From: Candidatus Krumholzibacteriia bacterium
Lineage (GTDB): Bacteria > Krumholzibacteriota > Krumholzibacteriia > WVZY01
Assembly: GCA_046754105.1 (NCBI GenBank)
Contig: JBHHVD010000002.1
Coordinates: 1 to 64,000, forward strand
Direction: 5' to 3'
DNA: 64,000 nt
A model generated the notes under the pieces. The model saw only the letters and a program-made list of their open reading frames with translations, was not told the DNA's origin and did not search any database. Both the position numbers and the translations under genes were made by a program. Shown here piece by piece: positions 52,998 to 63,237 of this stretch. Position 1 is the stretch's first letter; every line of letters starts with the position of its first letter.

Positions 52998-55187
52998 TCA
53001 GGCTTCCTTCTCGTCCCCTTCGTCAGGGGCCTTCTCCGGCTCGGTGTCCCCTTCGCCACGGGCCTTCTCCAGCGCCGCGTCCCCTTCTTCGTCAGGGCCC
53101 TTCTCCCGTGCGGCGTCCTCCGCCTCTTCGGGTTCCGCAGGCGGCGCTGGCGAGTCCTCTGCAACCGCCGCGGCAAGAGATGGCTCCGTTGCCGGCCCTG
53201 CTTCGGGGGCCGGTGTCGCGACGGTCTCCTCACCGGCAACGACGGCTTTGGGAGCCGGCGCTTCGACCGCCTCCGCAACGGTGGTCTCCGACGCGGCGCC
53301 ATCTCCCGCCCCGCCCGTAGACGTTCCATCGGTTTTGGCGCTGTCATCGTGGCCGGCAGCATCGGCCGCCCGTTGCTCGCTCGGCAGGGGTTCCTTGATC
53401 GGAAACCGCGCGTGAAACCCCTGGACCTCGTCGTCGTCCTTGCCTTTCAAGAAGGCCGCTATACTGAGGACGATGCGCTTGTTCTTCGGATCGATCTTGA
53501 TCACCTTCAACGGTAGCCGATCTCCATCCGAGAAACAATCCTCTGGGTGCTTCAAATCCGGCTTGGCCATCTGCCCCACAGGTACGAAACCTTCGACGTC
53601 GGGGCGAAGCTCCACGACCGCTCCACGCTCCAGGATTCGAGTCACCGTGCCTTCCGCCACCGTGTCGATCGCGTAATCGATCGCGAGCGACTCCCACGGA
53701 TTCTCGGACAGCTGTTTCATCCCCAGGCTGATGCGCTTCTTTTCCTGGCTGATGTCCAGCACGACTATCTGGATTTCATCGCCTTTCTTTACCATCTCGC
53801 TGGGATGCCGCACTCGTTTGGCCCACGACATGTCTGAAATGTGAAGCAACCCGTCTATTCCGTCTTCGATCTCGACGAACGCGCCGAAGTTGGTCAGGTT
53901 GCGAACCTTGCCGTCGAGCAGCGTGCCGACAGGGTATTTCTTCTCTATCTGACTCCACGGATCGGGTTCAACCTGTTTGAGCCCAAGTGAGATTTTTTGG
54001 TGTTCCTTGTCAACCTTCAACACCATCGCCTCGACGGTTTCGCCGATCGAGAGCACCTTCGACGGGTGGCGGACGTGACGCGTCCAGGACATTTCCGATA
54101 TGTGGATCAGTCCCTCCACGCCCCGCTCCAACTCGATGAACGCACCGTAGTCGGTAATGCTCACGACCTTGCCGTTCACCTTCTCGCCGACAATGTAGCG
54201 GTCCTCGACGCCGTCCCACGGGTGGGGCGTCAACTGCTTGAGACCGAGAGAGATCTTCTCCCGCTCCTTGTCAAAATCGAGGATCTTGACCTCGATCGTG
54301 TCACCGATCGACACGACCTCCGACGGGTGGCCGATCCGTCCCCACGTCATATCGGTCAGGTGCAGTAAACCGTCGATGCCACCGAGATCGACAAACGCGC
54401 CGAAGTCAGTGATGTTCTTGACGATGCCCTCGCGGACCTCTCCGTTTTCCAGTTCGCTGAGGAGCGTCTTCTTTTGAGCCTCCCGCTGCTGCTCCAGCAC
54501 CGTGCGGCGGGAAATGACGATGTTCCGTCGTCGCTTGTTGATCTTTATAATCTTGAATTGCAGGGTCTGGCCGATTAGATCGTCCAGGTTGGGTACCTGC
54601 CGCAGGGCGATCTGGCTGCCGGGCAGAAACGCGTCGACCCCCAGGAGATCGACGACCAGCCCTCCCTTGATGCGGCGCGACACACGGCCTTCCATTATCT
54701 GGGAGGCGTCGTGTCCGTTCTTGATTTCGTCCCATACCTTGAAGAAGTCGGCTTTTTCCTTGGAGAGGACGACGAGGCCGTCCTGGTTCTCCAGTTTCTC
54801 GAGGTACACGTCGATCTCGTCGCCGGTGTTGATCTGGGCAAAATCCCTGAACTCGGAAACGGGTATCGTCCCCTCGCTCTTGAAACCAACGTCGACGATT
54901 ATCTCGTTCTCCCGGATCTCGGTCACCGCGCCCTTTACGATTTGGCCCTCCTCGAAAATGTTTACCGTTTTCTCGAGTTCTTCACTGAGGGTTGCAATGG
55001 CCGTATCGTCGAACGGGTTGGCCTCGCGCTCGGCCTCTACCGCGTCCAGTTGCTCGAACTGCGCGTACACTGGCGAGCGGCGTGACGCCCCGCCCGAGTG
55101 TTTGCGGCCCGGCGTCTGTTCCGCGCCGCCGTTTGAGTTTGTGTCTTCTCCCGGCGTCTCTCTCGCGCCGAGCTGTCCGTCTACCAT
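52998..55187 (-). CDS. rpsA: 30S ribosomal protein S1 with acidic C-terminal tail
   Basis: Six S1 repeats (FGAFV...GLLH/GLIHISE, ISLGLKQ). Confidence 0.97.
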   Translation of the reverse strand: MVDGQLGARETPGEDTNSNGGAEQTPGRKHSGGASRRSPVYAQFEQLDAVEAEREANPFDDTAIATLSEELEKTVNIFEEGQIVKGAVTEIRENEIIVDVGFKSEGTIPVSEFRDFAQINTGDEIDVYLEKLENQDGLVVLSKEKADFFKVWDEIKNGHDASQIMEGRVSRRIKGGLVVDLLGVDAFLPGSQIALRQVPNLDDLIGQTLQFKIIKINKRRRNIVISRRTVLEQQREAQKKTLLSELENGEVREGIVKNITDFGAFVDLGGIDGLLHLTDMTWGRIGHPSEVVSIGDTIEVKILDFDKEREKISLGLKQLTPHPWDGVEDRYIVGEKVNGKVVSITDYGAFIELERGVEGLIHISEMSWTRHVRHPSKVLSIGETVEAMVLKVDKEHQKISLGLKQVEPDPWSQIEKKYPVGTLLDGKVRNLTNFGAFVEIEDGIDGLLHISDMSWAKRVRHPSEMVKKGDEIQIVVLDISQEKKRISLGMKQLSENPWESLAIDYAIDTVAEGTVTRILERGAVVELRPDVEGFVPVGQMAKPDLKHPEDCFSDGDRLPLKVIKIDPKNKRIVLSIAAFLKGKDDDEVQGFHARFPIKEPLPSEQRAADAAGHDDSAKTDGTSTGGAGDGAASETTVAEAVEAPAPKAVVAGEETVATPAPEAGPATEPSLAAAVAEDSPAPPAEPEEAEDAAREKGPDEEGDAALEKARGEGDTEPEKAPDEGDEKEA

Positions 55188-55235
55188 GTGTAAATTCCCC
55201 CTTTATATGGATTTGTCAAAAAAATTGACCCGTGA

Positions 55236-55264
55236 ATGATACGGTCCGAACGTGATAAATGCAA
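55236..55264 (-). promoter_or_regulatory. sigma-70 promoter for rpsA
   Basis: Minus strand TTGCAT-N17-TATCAT. Confidence 0.5.
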
Positions 55265-55320
55265 GCGGAAAGTCAATATAGCCGGCCCGCGCCCGCCTGG
55301 CGGCCCCCCCCTGGCGGCCG

Positions 55321-56709
55321 CTAGCAGGTCCCCGCCCCCGGCGGGCGCTGGTGCTCGTCCTGGAGCGCCTCGATCGCGCACATCACCATGGCCCCGAAGT
55401 CACGGTAGTGCTCCGGGTCCTGGTATTTCGACAGATCGGTGTCCGTCAGCCGCATGGGGCGGCCGTGGATGACTGTGAGATGAGGTTTTCGAAAGAGGGA
55501 TCGTTTCAGACTCAACGTGCCGTCGACGTACATGGGGTAGACAGGTTTGCCCGACTTGAGAGCGAGGTAGCCCGCGCCCGCCTTGGGAGGCCGCAGCCGG
55601 GCGCTCCTCGATCGTCCGCCCTCTGGAAAGATGAGGATCGAGTGTCCCTGTTCCAGCAGATCGAGGAAGGTATCCAGTGCGGCGCGGTCGAACGCCCCGC
55701 GCCGGATCGGCACGGCGTTGACCTTCGATATCACCCACCCGAAAGGCCTGAACCGGAACAGCGCCCGCTTCGCCACAAAAAACAGGTTGCGCTGAATGGT
55801 CGAGCCGACGATCGGCGGATCACCATTCGAGCGGTGGTTGCAGGCATAGATATAGTTTTCCGCGTATTGGCGATGATCCCTGTGCACCACGCGCATGCCC
55901 CAGAACACCTTCGCAATCAGAAAAAAGAACCATTGCCCGGCGCGCAGGGCCGGATTGCGCTTCCGCAGGAGCCGCACACGGCCTGGATTGTCCAGCAGGC
56001 CGACAATCCGCGCCGCCGCCACCTCTGCCGTCGCGACTACCTGTTCGATCTGTTCCTCGATCGTGAGGCGCGACGTGTCGACGATACGAGCGCCGATGGG
56101 GATTCTCAGGGGACTCAGCGAGCGGGTGCTGTCATAGTGATCCCGCGCTTGCAACTCCGAGCGCACTGCCTCGAGGGACGTCGCGGTGCCGCGCGCTTCG
56201 AGTTCGGCACGCCGGCGCGCGGCCCGCACGTCGATCGACGCGTCGAGGTAGATTTTAACGTGCGCGCTGGGCAACACGACGCTCCCGATGTCGCGTCCTT
56301 CGAGCACGACACCGCCCTGGTCCGAGAAAGCCCTCTGCCTCCGCACCATCGCGTGACGGACTTCCGCATGGGTGCTCACCAGTGACACCTGCCGCGTGAT
56401 TTCCGGCGAGCGAATGGCCTGGGTAACATCCTCTCCGTCCATGACCACGGCCTGCCCCGCCTCACCATCCACGAAGTCGATGTCCGCGCCTGCGGCGACC
56501 CTTCCCACCGCCCCCGCGTTCCCGAGGTCCACACCCTCGCCCATCGCCTTCAAGGTTATGGCCCGGTACATCGCGCCGGTGTCCACGTGCCGTAAGCCCA
56601 GCCGGCGCGCGACGCCCCTCGCCGTCGTCGTCTTGCCGGAGGCGGACGGTCCGTCGATCGCGATGACCATTTCGCGCACGATGTCTTCTCTGGTTGTGGG
56701 AGGGCTCAT
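55321..56709 (-). CDS. cmk: cytidylate kinase fused to 1-acyl-glycerol-3-phosphate acyltransferase
   Basis: IAIDGPSASGKT, DTGAMYR, EGRDIG; then NHRSNGD, FPEGGRS. Confidence 0.92.
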   Translation of the reverse strand: MSPPTTREDIVREMVIAIDGPSASGKTTTARGVARRLGLRHVDTGAMYRAITLKAMGEGVDLGNAGAVGRVAAGADIDFVDGEAGQAVVMDGEDVTQAIRSPEITRQVSLVSTHAEVRHAMVRRQRAFSDQGGVVLEGRDIGSVVLPSAHVKIYLDASIDVRAARRRAELEARGTATSLEAVRSELQARDHYDSTRSLSPLRIPIGARIVDTSRLTIEEQIEQVVATAEVAAARIVGLLDNPGRVRLLRKRNPALRAGQWFFFLIAKVFWGMRVVHRDHRQYAENYIYACNHRSNGDPPIVGSTIQRNLFFVAKRALFRFRPFGWVISKVNAVPIRRGAFDRAALDTFLDLLEQGHSILIFPEGGRSRSARLRPPKAGAGYLALKSGKPVYPMYVDGTLSLKRSLFRKPHLTVIHGRPMRLTDTDLSKYQDPEHYRDFGAMVMCAIEALQDEHQRPPGAGTC

Positions 56710-56746
56710 ATCGACCGCCCGGTCTGCGGTAGCGCTCGCACCCCCA

Positions 56747-57862
56747 CTACCGGTCCTGCGCGAGTAGGGCTTCGATCGCGTCCATGAAACGCGTATTTTC
56801 GTCGGGTGTCCCCATGTTGACGCGGAACGAGTTCTCCGGTGCTCCGAACGGAGCCATGGGACGAACGATGATGCCTTGTTCCTCGAGCCTTCCGCAAATA
56901 TCCCCGGAAAAACTGTCGGGAACCACGAACAAGAAGTTTGTCTGGGACGCGGGACACGTGCAACCCAGGGAGAGAATTGCCTCGCGCATGCGCTGGCGCT
57001 CCGCGACGATCTCCGAGATCACACCGGATAGCTCAGCTCTGCAGTCGAGGGCGGTCATGGCTGCCGCCTGCGCGAGCCGGTTGACGTTGAACGGCTGCCG
57101 CATTTTGTGCAGGATACCCACTACCCGCGGGTCGGCCAGTGCGTAGCCGATGCGCAGGCCGGCGAGCGAATAGAACTTTGAAAACGTCCGCAGGACAATC
57201 AGGTTCTCTTGCAGCCTGCGCAACGCGAGACTGTCCGGATAGTCGGGAGCCGTGACGAATTCATGATAGGCCTCGTCGAGAACGACCAGCGTGTGGTCGG
57301 GCACCTCCCGCAGGAAGGCCTCCACCTGCCGGGTGTCGTTATAGGTCGCCGTGGGGTTGTTCGGATTACAGATCCATACGATCCGCGTCTTGTCATTTAT
57401 CGCCGCAGCCATCGCGGGCAGGTCATGCGTGTAATCCCGGCACGGCACTGCAACCCTGCCGACGCCGCACTGCTGGCAAACGAGATCGTAAATAAGGAAA
57501 CTCAATTGTGAAAACACGCAATTCTCGCCGGTGTCGACGTAGGCGCGGACCAGCAGGTCGAGGATCTCGTTGGTGCCGTTTGCAACAAACACTTCCTCCA
57601 TCTCCACGCCGTGGGCCTTCGCTAGCTTTCGCGTGAGTTCGGGCGCACCGGACTCGGGGTAACGGTTACCGCTCTCGATCGCCTCTACGAGTGCCTGCTT
57701 GATCCTTGCGGCCGGTGGGTACGGGTTTTCGTTCGACGCCAGTTTGATGACGGGCTGGCTGGACCTGCCCTCCCGCTGCGCCTGTTCGATCGGCTTTCCC
57801 GGTTTGTACGGAATGATGCCGCGGAGAAACGGCCTGGCCAGCTTGTCAAGATCCACGTTCAT
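56747..57862 (-). CDS. hisC: histidinol-phosphate aminotransferase
   Basis: KLASNENP, CNPNNPT, DEAY, RTFSKFYSLAGLRIGY. Confidence 0.93.
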   Translation of the reverse strand: MNVDLDKLARPFLRGIIPYKPGKPIEQAQREGRSSQPVIKLASNENPYPPAARIKQALVEAIESGNRYPESGAPELTRKLAKAHGVEMEEVFVANGTNEILDLLVRAYVDTGENCVFSQLSFLIYDLVCQQCGVGRVAVPCRDYTHDLPAMAAAINDKTRIVWICNPNNPTATYNDTRQVEAFLREVPDHTLVVLDEAYHEFVTAPDYPDSLALRRLQENLIVLRTFSKFYSLAGLRIGYALADPRVVGILHKMRQPFNVNRLAQAAAMTALDCRAELSGVISEIVAERQRMREAILSLGCTCPASQTNFLFVVPDSFSGDICGRLEEQGIIVRPMAPFGAPENSFRVNMGTPDENTRFMDAIEALLAQDR

Positions 57863-58637
57863 CACTTCCCCGTTGCAAGACCCGGTTCAGGCGTTCGAGT
57901 TCCTTGTGCTCCAGGGGTCGAACCGCACCGAGGGGCAGGTTGCGGACCGAGAGCGGGCCGAAGCGAATGCGCCTGAGCTTGACCACGCGCAGTCCCATCG
58001 ATTCGCACATCTTGCGAACCTGGCGGTTTCTGCCCTCCTTGAGGGTTATCTGCAGGATGGTTTCGCGGTTCATCTGCCGGACGAGCTGAACCGACGCTTT
58101 CGTCCGCTTGCGTGAACGCTGCCGGGGCGCGGCAAGTTTATCGAGTTCAACGAGCTTTCTGTCGTTCATCGTTCCTCGCACGCGGACGTGATACGTTCGG
58201 GGAATCTGGTACCTCGGATGCGTCAGACGGTAGCACAGCATTCCGTCGTTGGTCAAAAGGATTAAGCCGGTTGTGTTTACGTCGAGGCGGCCGACGGGAA
58301 ACAGGCGTCGCCTGCGCGTGTACTTCCTGCAGAGTTCCAGCACGGTCGGACGACCGTAGGGATCGGTTACCGTGGAAACGACACCGGCGGGTTTGTTCAA
58401 GATGAGTACCAGCGGGCTTCCCTGCGAAGACAGCGGCCTGCCGTCCACGCTCACCTTGCTGACACCCGGTACCACGCGCGTCGAAGGATCGGTAACGCGC
58501 CGGCCGTCGACCGTGACCCGCCCTTCCGAGATCATCTGGTCACACGTTCTTCTGGCGCCGGCACCCAACATGGCAATCAGCCGGTTCAGCCGTATCGGAT
58601 CCTTGTCGCTGGCCTTCTCCATGGAGACCGGGCTCAA
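57846..58637 (-). CDS. rluB: rRNA pseudouridine synthase (RluB/RsuA family)
   Basis: S4 domain, LNKP, PVGRLD, EGRNRQVRKM; follows scpAB. Confidence 0.88.
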   Translation of the reverse strand: MSPVSMEKASDKDPIRLNRLIAMLGAGARRTCDQMISEGRVTVDGRRVTDPSTRVVPGVSKVSVDGRPLSSQGSPLVLILNKPAGVVSTVTDPYGRPTVLELCRKYTRRRRLFPVGRLDVNTTGLILLTNDGMLCYRLTHPRYQIPRTYHVRVRGTMNDRKLVELDKLAAPRQRSRKRTKASVQLVRQMNRETILQITLKEGRNRQVRKMCESMGLRVVKLRRIRFGPLSVRNLPLGAVRPLEHKELERLNRVLQRGSDERGS

Positions 58638-59332
58638 TCGGGGTTGTCGGCACGCGGTATGTGATCAGCAGCGTCCGCCCCATGGTTGGCCGTGTCCGGG
58701 CTGTCCAGAGCGGCGGCCGTGTCCGTCGTCATCGTAAAGTCCTCGAGCGTCGGCCCCGCCTCCTCGTCGCCGTCCTCTTTCTCCTCGGCCGGGCTCTCTT
58801 CCTGCGCCAGCATCTCTTCTAGCACTTCCATCGAGGGCAGGTCCTTGAGCCGGTCCAGCCCGAGGTATTCGAGAAACTCGGGCGTCGTTCCGTACAGGAA
58901 CGGAGCTCCGAGCACCCTGGCCTTGCCCGCGATGCGGATCAGATTGCGCTCCATCAACGTTGTCAGCACACCACCGCACCCGACGCCACGGAGATTCTCG
59001 ATATCCGCGCGCGTAATCGGCTGCTTGTACGCGATGATGGCCAGCGTTTCCATAGCGGCCCGCGACAGCCGCTGTTTGCGTCTTCCCGAGTAGAGTCGTG
59101 AGACGTAGTCGGCAAATTCGGGGTTGGTCGCCAACTGCAACCCGCCGGCGACACGCTCGAGGACGATACTCGGATAGTCGCGCGAGATGTTCTTCTGCAA
59201 GCGCGTGACTGCGTCCTTCAAGTCGTCGAGTTCGACCGCGTCGACGATGGCGGAAATGCGTTTCATGGAAATCGGCTCGTCCGACGCAAAAAGCAGGGCG
59301 AGCACGATGCTGTCTATCCGGGATGGTTCCAT
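58634..59332 (-). CDS. scpB: SMC-Scp complex subunit ScpB
   Basis: LSRAAMETLAIIAYKQPITR, LYGTTPEFL. Confidence 0.95.
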   Translation of the reverse strand: MEPSRIDSIVLALLFASDEPISMKRISAIVDAVELDDLKDAVTRLQKNISRDYPSIVLERVAGGLQLATNPEFADYVSRLYSGRRKQRLSRAAMETLAIIAYKQPITRADIENLRGVGCGGVLTTLMERNLIRIAGKARVLGAPFLYGTTPEFLEYLGLDRLKDLPSMEVLEEMLAQEESPAEEKEDGDEEAGPTLEDFTMTTDTAAALDSPDTANHGADAADHIPRADNPD

Positions 59333-59355
59333 GGTCTCTTCCTTGCGCCGGCTGC

Positions 59356-60129
59356 CTACGCCCCGGACGGGCCTGCCCCGCTATCATCCGCCGGAACCGG
59401 TTCGTCCGCCGCGCGGCTCTCCCCGGCCGCGTAGATCCAGATCTCACCGAAAGCGCCCTCCTGCCTGGCCTTGATCCGCAAACGTTTTATTAGCTCCAGG
59501 ACGGCCATGAACGTCACGACCACCTCGAGCCGGCTCGAGGTGCCTTCGAACAACTCGCGGAATCGCACCTGCTCCCGCTCGCCCAGCCTGGAATCGATGA
59601 CGGCGATCTTCTCCTCGATGGTGAACGCCTCGGGCTCGATCTCCGAGACCTCCGCCGCGTCCATTTCCGCCATCACCTGGCGAAACACCCGCATGATCTC
59701 GAACACGTTGAGATCTAGCACCGCCTCGCCGCGATACTCTTTTTCCCGCTGGGGCACGGGGCGGCTGAAGACCTTGAAGCGATCATCCTCCATCTCCCGA
59801 AAGGACCGTGCCGCCTCTACCATCTTCTTGTATTCCAGGAGGTTCCGTACCAGTTCCTCCCGCGGGTCCTCCGAGTCATCGTCCCGCCGCAGGAGCATCT
59901 GGACTTTGATACGCATCAGCGTCGCGGCCAGCACGAAGAACTCGCCGGCCAGGTCGATGTGGAGCCGTTCCATGAGATCGACGTACTCGAGATAATCGCT
60001 GGTGATCTTGGCGATCGGGATATCATAGATATCCAGGTTGTCGCGCTTGATCAGGTAGAGGATCACTTCGAGCGGCGCCTTGACGCCTTCGAGCTCGGCC
60101 TTGTATCGCGGTTCCTGGGCGTGGTTCAC
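59356..60129 (-). CDS. scpA: segregation and condensation protein A
   Basis: DIYDIPIAKIT, AGEFFVLAATLMRIK, VVTFMAVLEL. Confidence 0.94.
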   Translation of the reverse strand: MNHAQEPRYKAELEGVKAPLEVILYLIKRDNLDIYDIPIAKITSDYLEYVDLMERLHIDLAGEFFVLAATLMRIKVQMLLRRDDDSEDPREELVRNLLEYKKMVEAARSFREMEDDRFKVFSRPVPQREKEYRGEAVLDLNVFEIMRVFRQVMAEMDAAEVSEIEPEAFTIEEKIAVIDSRLGEREQVRFRELFEGTSSRLEVVVTFMAVLELIKRLRIKARQEGAFGEIWIYAAGESRAADEPVPADDSGAGPSGA

Positions 60130-60214
60130 AGACTGGCTCCCGTAAGGGTGAAACCCGGTTTGAGGGCGATATTATGCGGAGTTCTCGATATGTGTCAAGC
60201 GCTGTTGCCCCTTC

Positions 60215-61120
60215 TCAGCGGTCCCTCCTCGCGCGCGGGTGGAACGCGCGGTGGACCTCGATCAGGTGCCTCGTGTCGACCGTCGTATAGATTTGGGTGG
60301 TGGAGATGTCCGAGTGACCGAGCAGTTCCTGAACGTACCGCAGGTCTGCCCCGCCTTCGAGCAGGTGGGTGGCGAAGGTGTGACGAAGCACGTGCGGGCT
60401 GACCCTGCGCTGGATACCGGCGGACCGCGCATGCTGGCCGAGGCGCTTGAAAAACCCCACGCGCGAGATCTTGTCCCCGCGGCAGTTCAGAAAGACCGCC
60501 GCCGACTGCCGCCCGCGGGCCAGGAAGGGGCGGCTCGAGGTCAAGTACCGGTGGAGCGCCGTGGCGGCGGGCTCGCCGAACGGCACGATGCGTTGCCTGC
60601 CCCCCTTTCCGCGCACCATGAGGATGCGCTCCTTCTCCTGGACCTGTTCGAACGTCAAATCGCAAAGCTCCGAGACACGGAGCCCCGATGCGTACGCCAC
60701 CTCGAGCATTGCGCGATCTCGCATTCCTAAGTAACTGTCATCCGGTGCTTTCAGTAGACGCTCCATCTGCTGGATGGTCAGCACCCCGGGCACGTGCCGC
60801 CCCCGCTTCGGGCTCGGAATTTCCCCCCCCTCCACCCGCCGCACAACCCCGTCCCGCAGCAGAAAGCGGTGAAAATGGCGAACGGCGGACAGGGCGCGAG
60901 CCCGCGAGGCGGCCCCCAGCCCACGGCGGCTCAGGCGGGTGAGATGGAGCTCCAGCGCCGTGGCCGGGATGGCGTTCTCCTTCCCCCATATCTTGCCCAG
61001 GATATCGAGGTATCCCCGCAGATCACTGCGGTAGGCTTCGACGGTCCGGGGACGGAGCCCCCGTTCGCTCACCAGGTAATCAAAAAACTGTTCAACGACC
61101 GTATCGAGCTTATTTTCCAT
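60215..61120 (-). CDS. xerD: site-specific tyrosine recombinase XerD
   Basis: RDRAMLE..YASGLRVSE, GKG, HVLRHTFATH, LLGH...TQIY. Confidence 0.88.
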   Translation of the reverse strand: MENKLDTVVEQFFDYLVSERGLRPRTVEAYRSDLRGYLDILGKIWGKENAIPATALELHLTRLSRRGLGAASRARALSAVRHFHRFLLRDGVVRRVEGGEIPSPKRGRHVPGVLTIQQMERLLKAPDDSYLGMRDRAMLEVAYASGLRVSELCDLTFEQVQEKERILMVRGKGGRQRIVPFGEPAATALHRYLTSSRPFLARGRQSAAVFLNCRGDKISRVGFFKRLGQHARSAGIQRRVSPHVLRHTFATHLLEGGADLRYVQELLGHSDISTTQIYTTVDTRHLIEVHRAFHPRARRDR

Positions 61121-61187
61121 ACGATTTGCTTGACTCCGCGGCCCGGGGATGGTAGATTTCCACAGGATTTTATTCGTAAGGAGAATC

Positions 61188-61427
61188 ATGCCACAACATA
61201 AATCGGCGAAGAAACGCCTGAGGAACGCCGCCAAGAACCAGGCGCGCAACCGGGCGGCCCGTAGCACGCTGAGGCGGTCGATGAAGGCGCTTCGCGAGCT
61301 GCCCGCGGACAAGGCAGGCGATGCGATAAAGGCGATGCACTCGCTCCTGGACAGGGCAGCGAACCACGGTCTGTTTCACAGGAACAAGGCGGCCCGTTTG
61401 AAGTCGCGCTTTAAGCCCGGCGCCTGA
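61188..61427 (+). CDS. rpsT: 30S ribosomal protein S20
   Basis: MPQHKSAKKR...HRNKAARLKSR; AAGGAG RBS. Confidence 0.95.
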   Translation: MPQHKSAKKRLRNAAKNQARNRAARSTLRRSMKALRELPADKAGDAIKAMHSLLDRAANHGLFHRNKAARLKSRFKPGA

Positions 61428-61452
61428 ACGCGCCCGCCCCATGGACGGCCCC

Positions 61453-61487
61453 AACGGCAGCGCCTCGCAGGCGCCGCCGTTTTTTTT
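61453..61487 (+). terminator. intrinsic terminator after rpsT
   Basis: AACGGCAGCGCC/GGCGCCGCCGTT stem + T8. Confidence 0.8.
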
Positions 61488-63201
61488 ATGCGGAATCGCC
61501 GTAGAAGCGCGTGAGAACGTCCACAACGGCGGAAGGCTCGACCAGTTCCTGCCGGTCCTCATGGCGATAGTAGATCTCCACCTTGCCATCCTTGAGGTTC
61601 CGCTCGCCCAGGGTGACCCTCAGCGGCACCCCGACCAGCTCGGAGTCCTTGAACTTGAACCCGGCCCGCACGTCGCGGTCGTCGAGCAGGACGTCCCACC
61701 CGGCCGCCCGCAGTTCCTCGTAGAGCGCCTCCGCCGCCGACGTCGTGTGGTCCTCGTTCATGTTGACGGGCAGGATAATGGCGTGGAACGGCGTGATGGA
61801 TTTGGGCCAGCGGATGCCACGCCCGTCGTGGTGCGCCTCGATCGCCGCGGCGACAGCCCGCGACACGCCGAAACCATAGCAGCCCATGATGAAGTGGCGG
61901 TCTTTTCCGTCGCGGTCGAGGTAGGTGGCGTTCATCGCCTTGCTGTACTTGTCGTCGAGTTTGAAGATGTGTCCCAGCTCGACTCCGCGATGCGCCCTCA
62001 GTTCCGACTTCTCGCACCGCGCACAACGGTCCCCGGCCTCGGTGAGACTGATGTTCCGAAACTCCGTCGCTTCGAAATCGCGTCCCAGCCGTACGCCGCG
62101 CAGGTGCGCATCCGTGACGTTCGCCCCCACGATCATGCCTTCGTAGTTTTTCAAGGATGTATCAGCCACGATGCGGGTCCCCGCCGGCAAGCCCACCGGA
62201 CCGGCGAAACCGACGTCGGCACCCGTTAGCTCCTTAACCGCCGTTTCGTCCAGCGGTTCTACGTACGGGTCGCCCAATACCTTCATGAAGCGTGCCTCGT
62301 TCAGTGTGCGGTCCCCCGGAATGAGCGCGGCCACCACTTCGCCCTCAGAACGAAACAGCAGCGTCTTGACCAGCTGCGACGCGTTCACCGCGAGGAAAGC
62401 AGTGACCTCGTCGACCGTCCGGCTCCCCGGCGTGGCCGCCGTCTCCGGGGAGTCGAGCACTCGTTCCTTCTTCGCCGGCGGCTTGCCGAGGCTCTCGGCG
62501 CCCTCGAGCGCGGCGGCGTATCCGCACTCGCAACTCAAGATCTCACTCTCGCCCTCCTCGGCGAGGACCACAAACTCGTGGTTGACGTCGCCGCCGATTT
62601 TTCCAGCGTCGGCCTCCACCATCACGTGCTCGAGCTCGCATCGATCCAGAATGCGGGAGTACGCCCCCGCCATCTTCCGGTAGGTCTCCTCGAGTGACTC
62701 CGGTGAGCCGTGGAAACTATACGCGTCCTTCATGATAAATTCACGTGCGCGCATGACGCCGAACCGCGGGCGGATCTCGTCGCGAAACTTGGTCAGCACC
62801 TGGTAAAGGCACTGCGGCAGCTGGCGGTAACTGCGCAGTTCGCTGCGTGCGAGGTCGGTTACGACTTCTTCGTGCGTCGGCCCGAGCGCGAAGACGCGGC
62901 CCTTTCGGTCCTCGAGCTTGAACAGCTCGGGACCGAACTGCTTGAACCGCCCGCTCTCCTCGTACAACTGCGACGGGTGCAGGATGGGCATGAGAATCTC
63001 CTGGCACCCGATGCCGTCCATTTCTTCGCGGACGATGCGCTCGACCTTTTTGAGGACTTTGAAGCCGAGCGGCAGGAACGTATAGACTCCGGATGTGAGT
63101 TTCTTTATCACGCCGGCGCGGATCATGAGCTTGTGGCTCGGAATCTCCGCGTCGCTCGGGCTCTCCTTATAGGTCGGCAGATAGTAGCGGGACCACCTCA
63201 T
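61486..63201 (-). CDS. proS: proline--tRNA ligase
   Basis: GPTHEE, FRDEIRPRFG, REFIMKDAYSF, INS editing domain, MGCYGFG. Confidence 0.97.
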   Translation of the reverse strand: MRWSRYYLPTYKESPSDAEIPSHKLMIRAGVIKKLTSGVYTFLPLGFKVLKKVERIVREEMDGIGCQEILMPILHPSQLYEESGRFKQFGPELFKLEDRKGRVFALGPTHEEVVTDLARSELRSYRQLPQCLYQVLTKFRDEIRPRFGVMRAREFIMKDAYSFHGSPESLEETYRKMAGAYSRILDRCELEHVMVEADAGKIGGDVNHEFVVLAEEGESEILSCECGYAAALEGAESLGKPPAKKERVLDSPETAATPGSRTVDEVTAFLAVNASQLVKTLLFRSEGEVVAALIPGDRTLNEARFMKVLGDPYVEPLDETAVKELTGADVGFAGPVGLPAGTRIVADTSLKNYEGMIVGANVTDAHLRGVRLGRDFEATEFRNISLTEAGDRCARCEKSELRAHRGVELGHIFKLDDKYSKAMNATYLDRDGKDRHFIMGCYGFGVSRAVAAAIEAHHDGRGIRWPKSITPFHAIILPVNMNEDHTTSAAEALYEELRAAGWDVLLDDRDVRAGFKFKDSELVGVPLRVTLGERNLKDGKVEIYYRHEDRQELVEPSAVVDVLTRFYGDSA

Positions 63202-63237
63202 CGCGCCCTCCGTTTCTGTGTCCTTCGAATATGAAGA

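Noticed and set aside
60215..61120. Tyrosine recombinase as a prophage or island integrase
   Set aside because: XerD-like size and motifs in a housekeeping xerD-scpA-scpB-rluB context with no mobile cargo.
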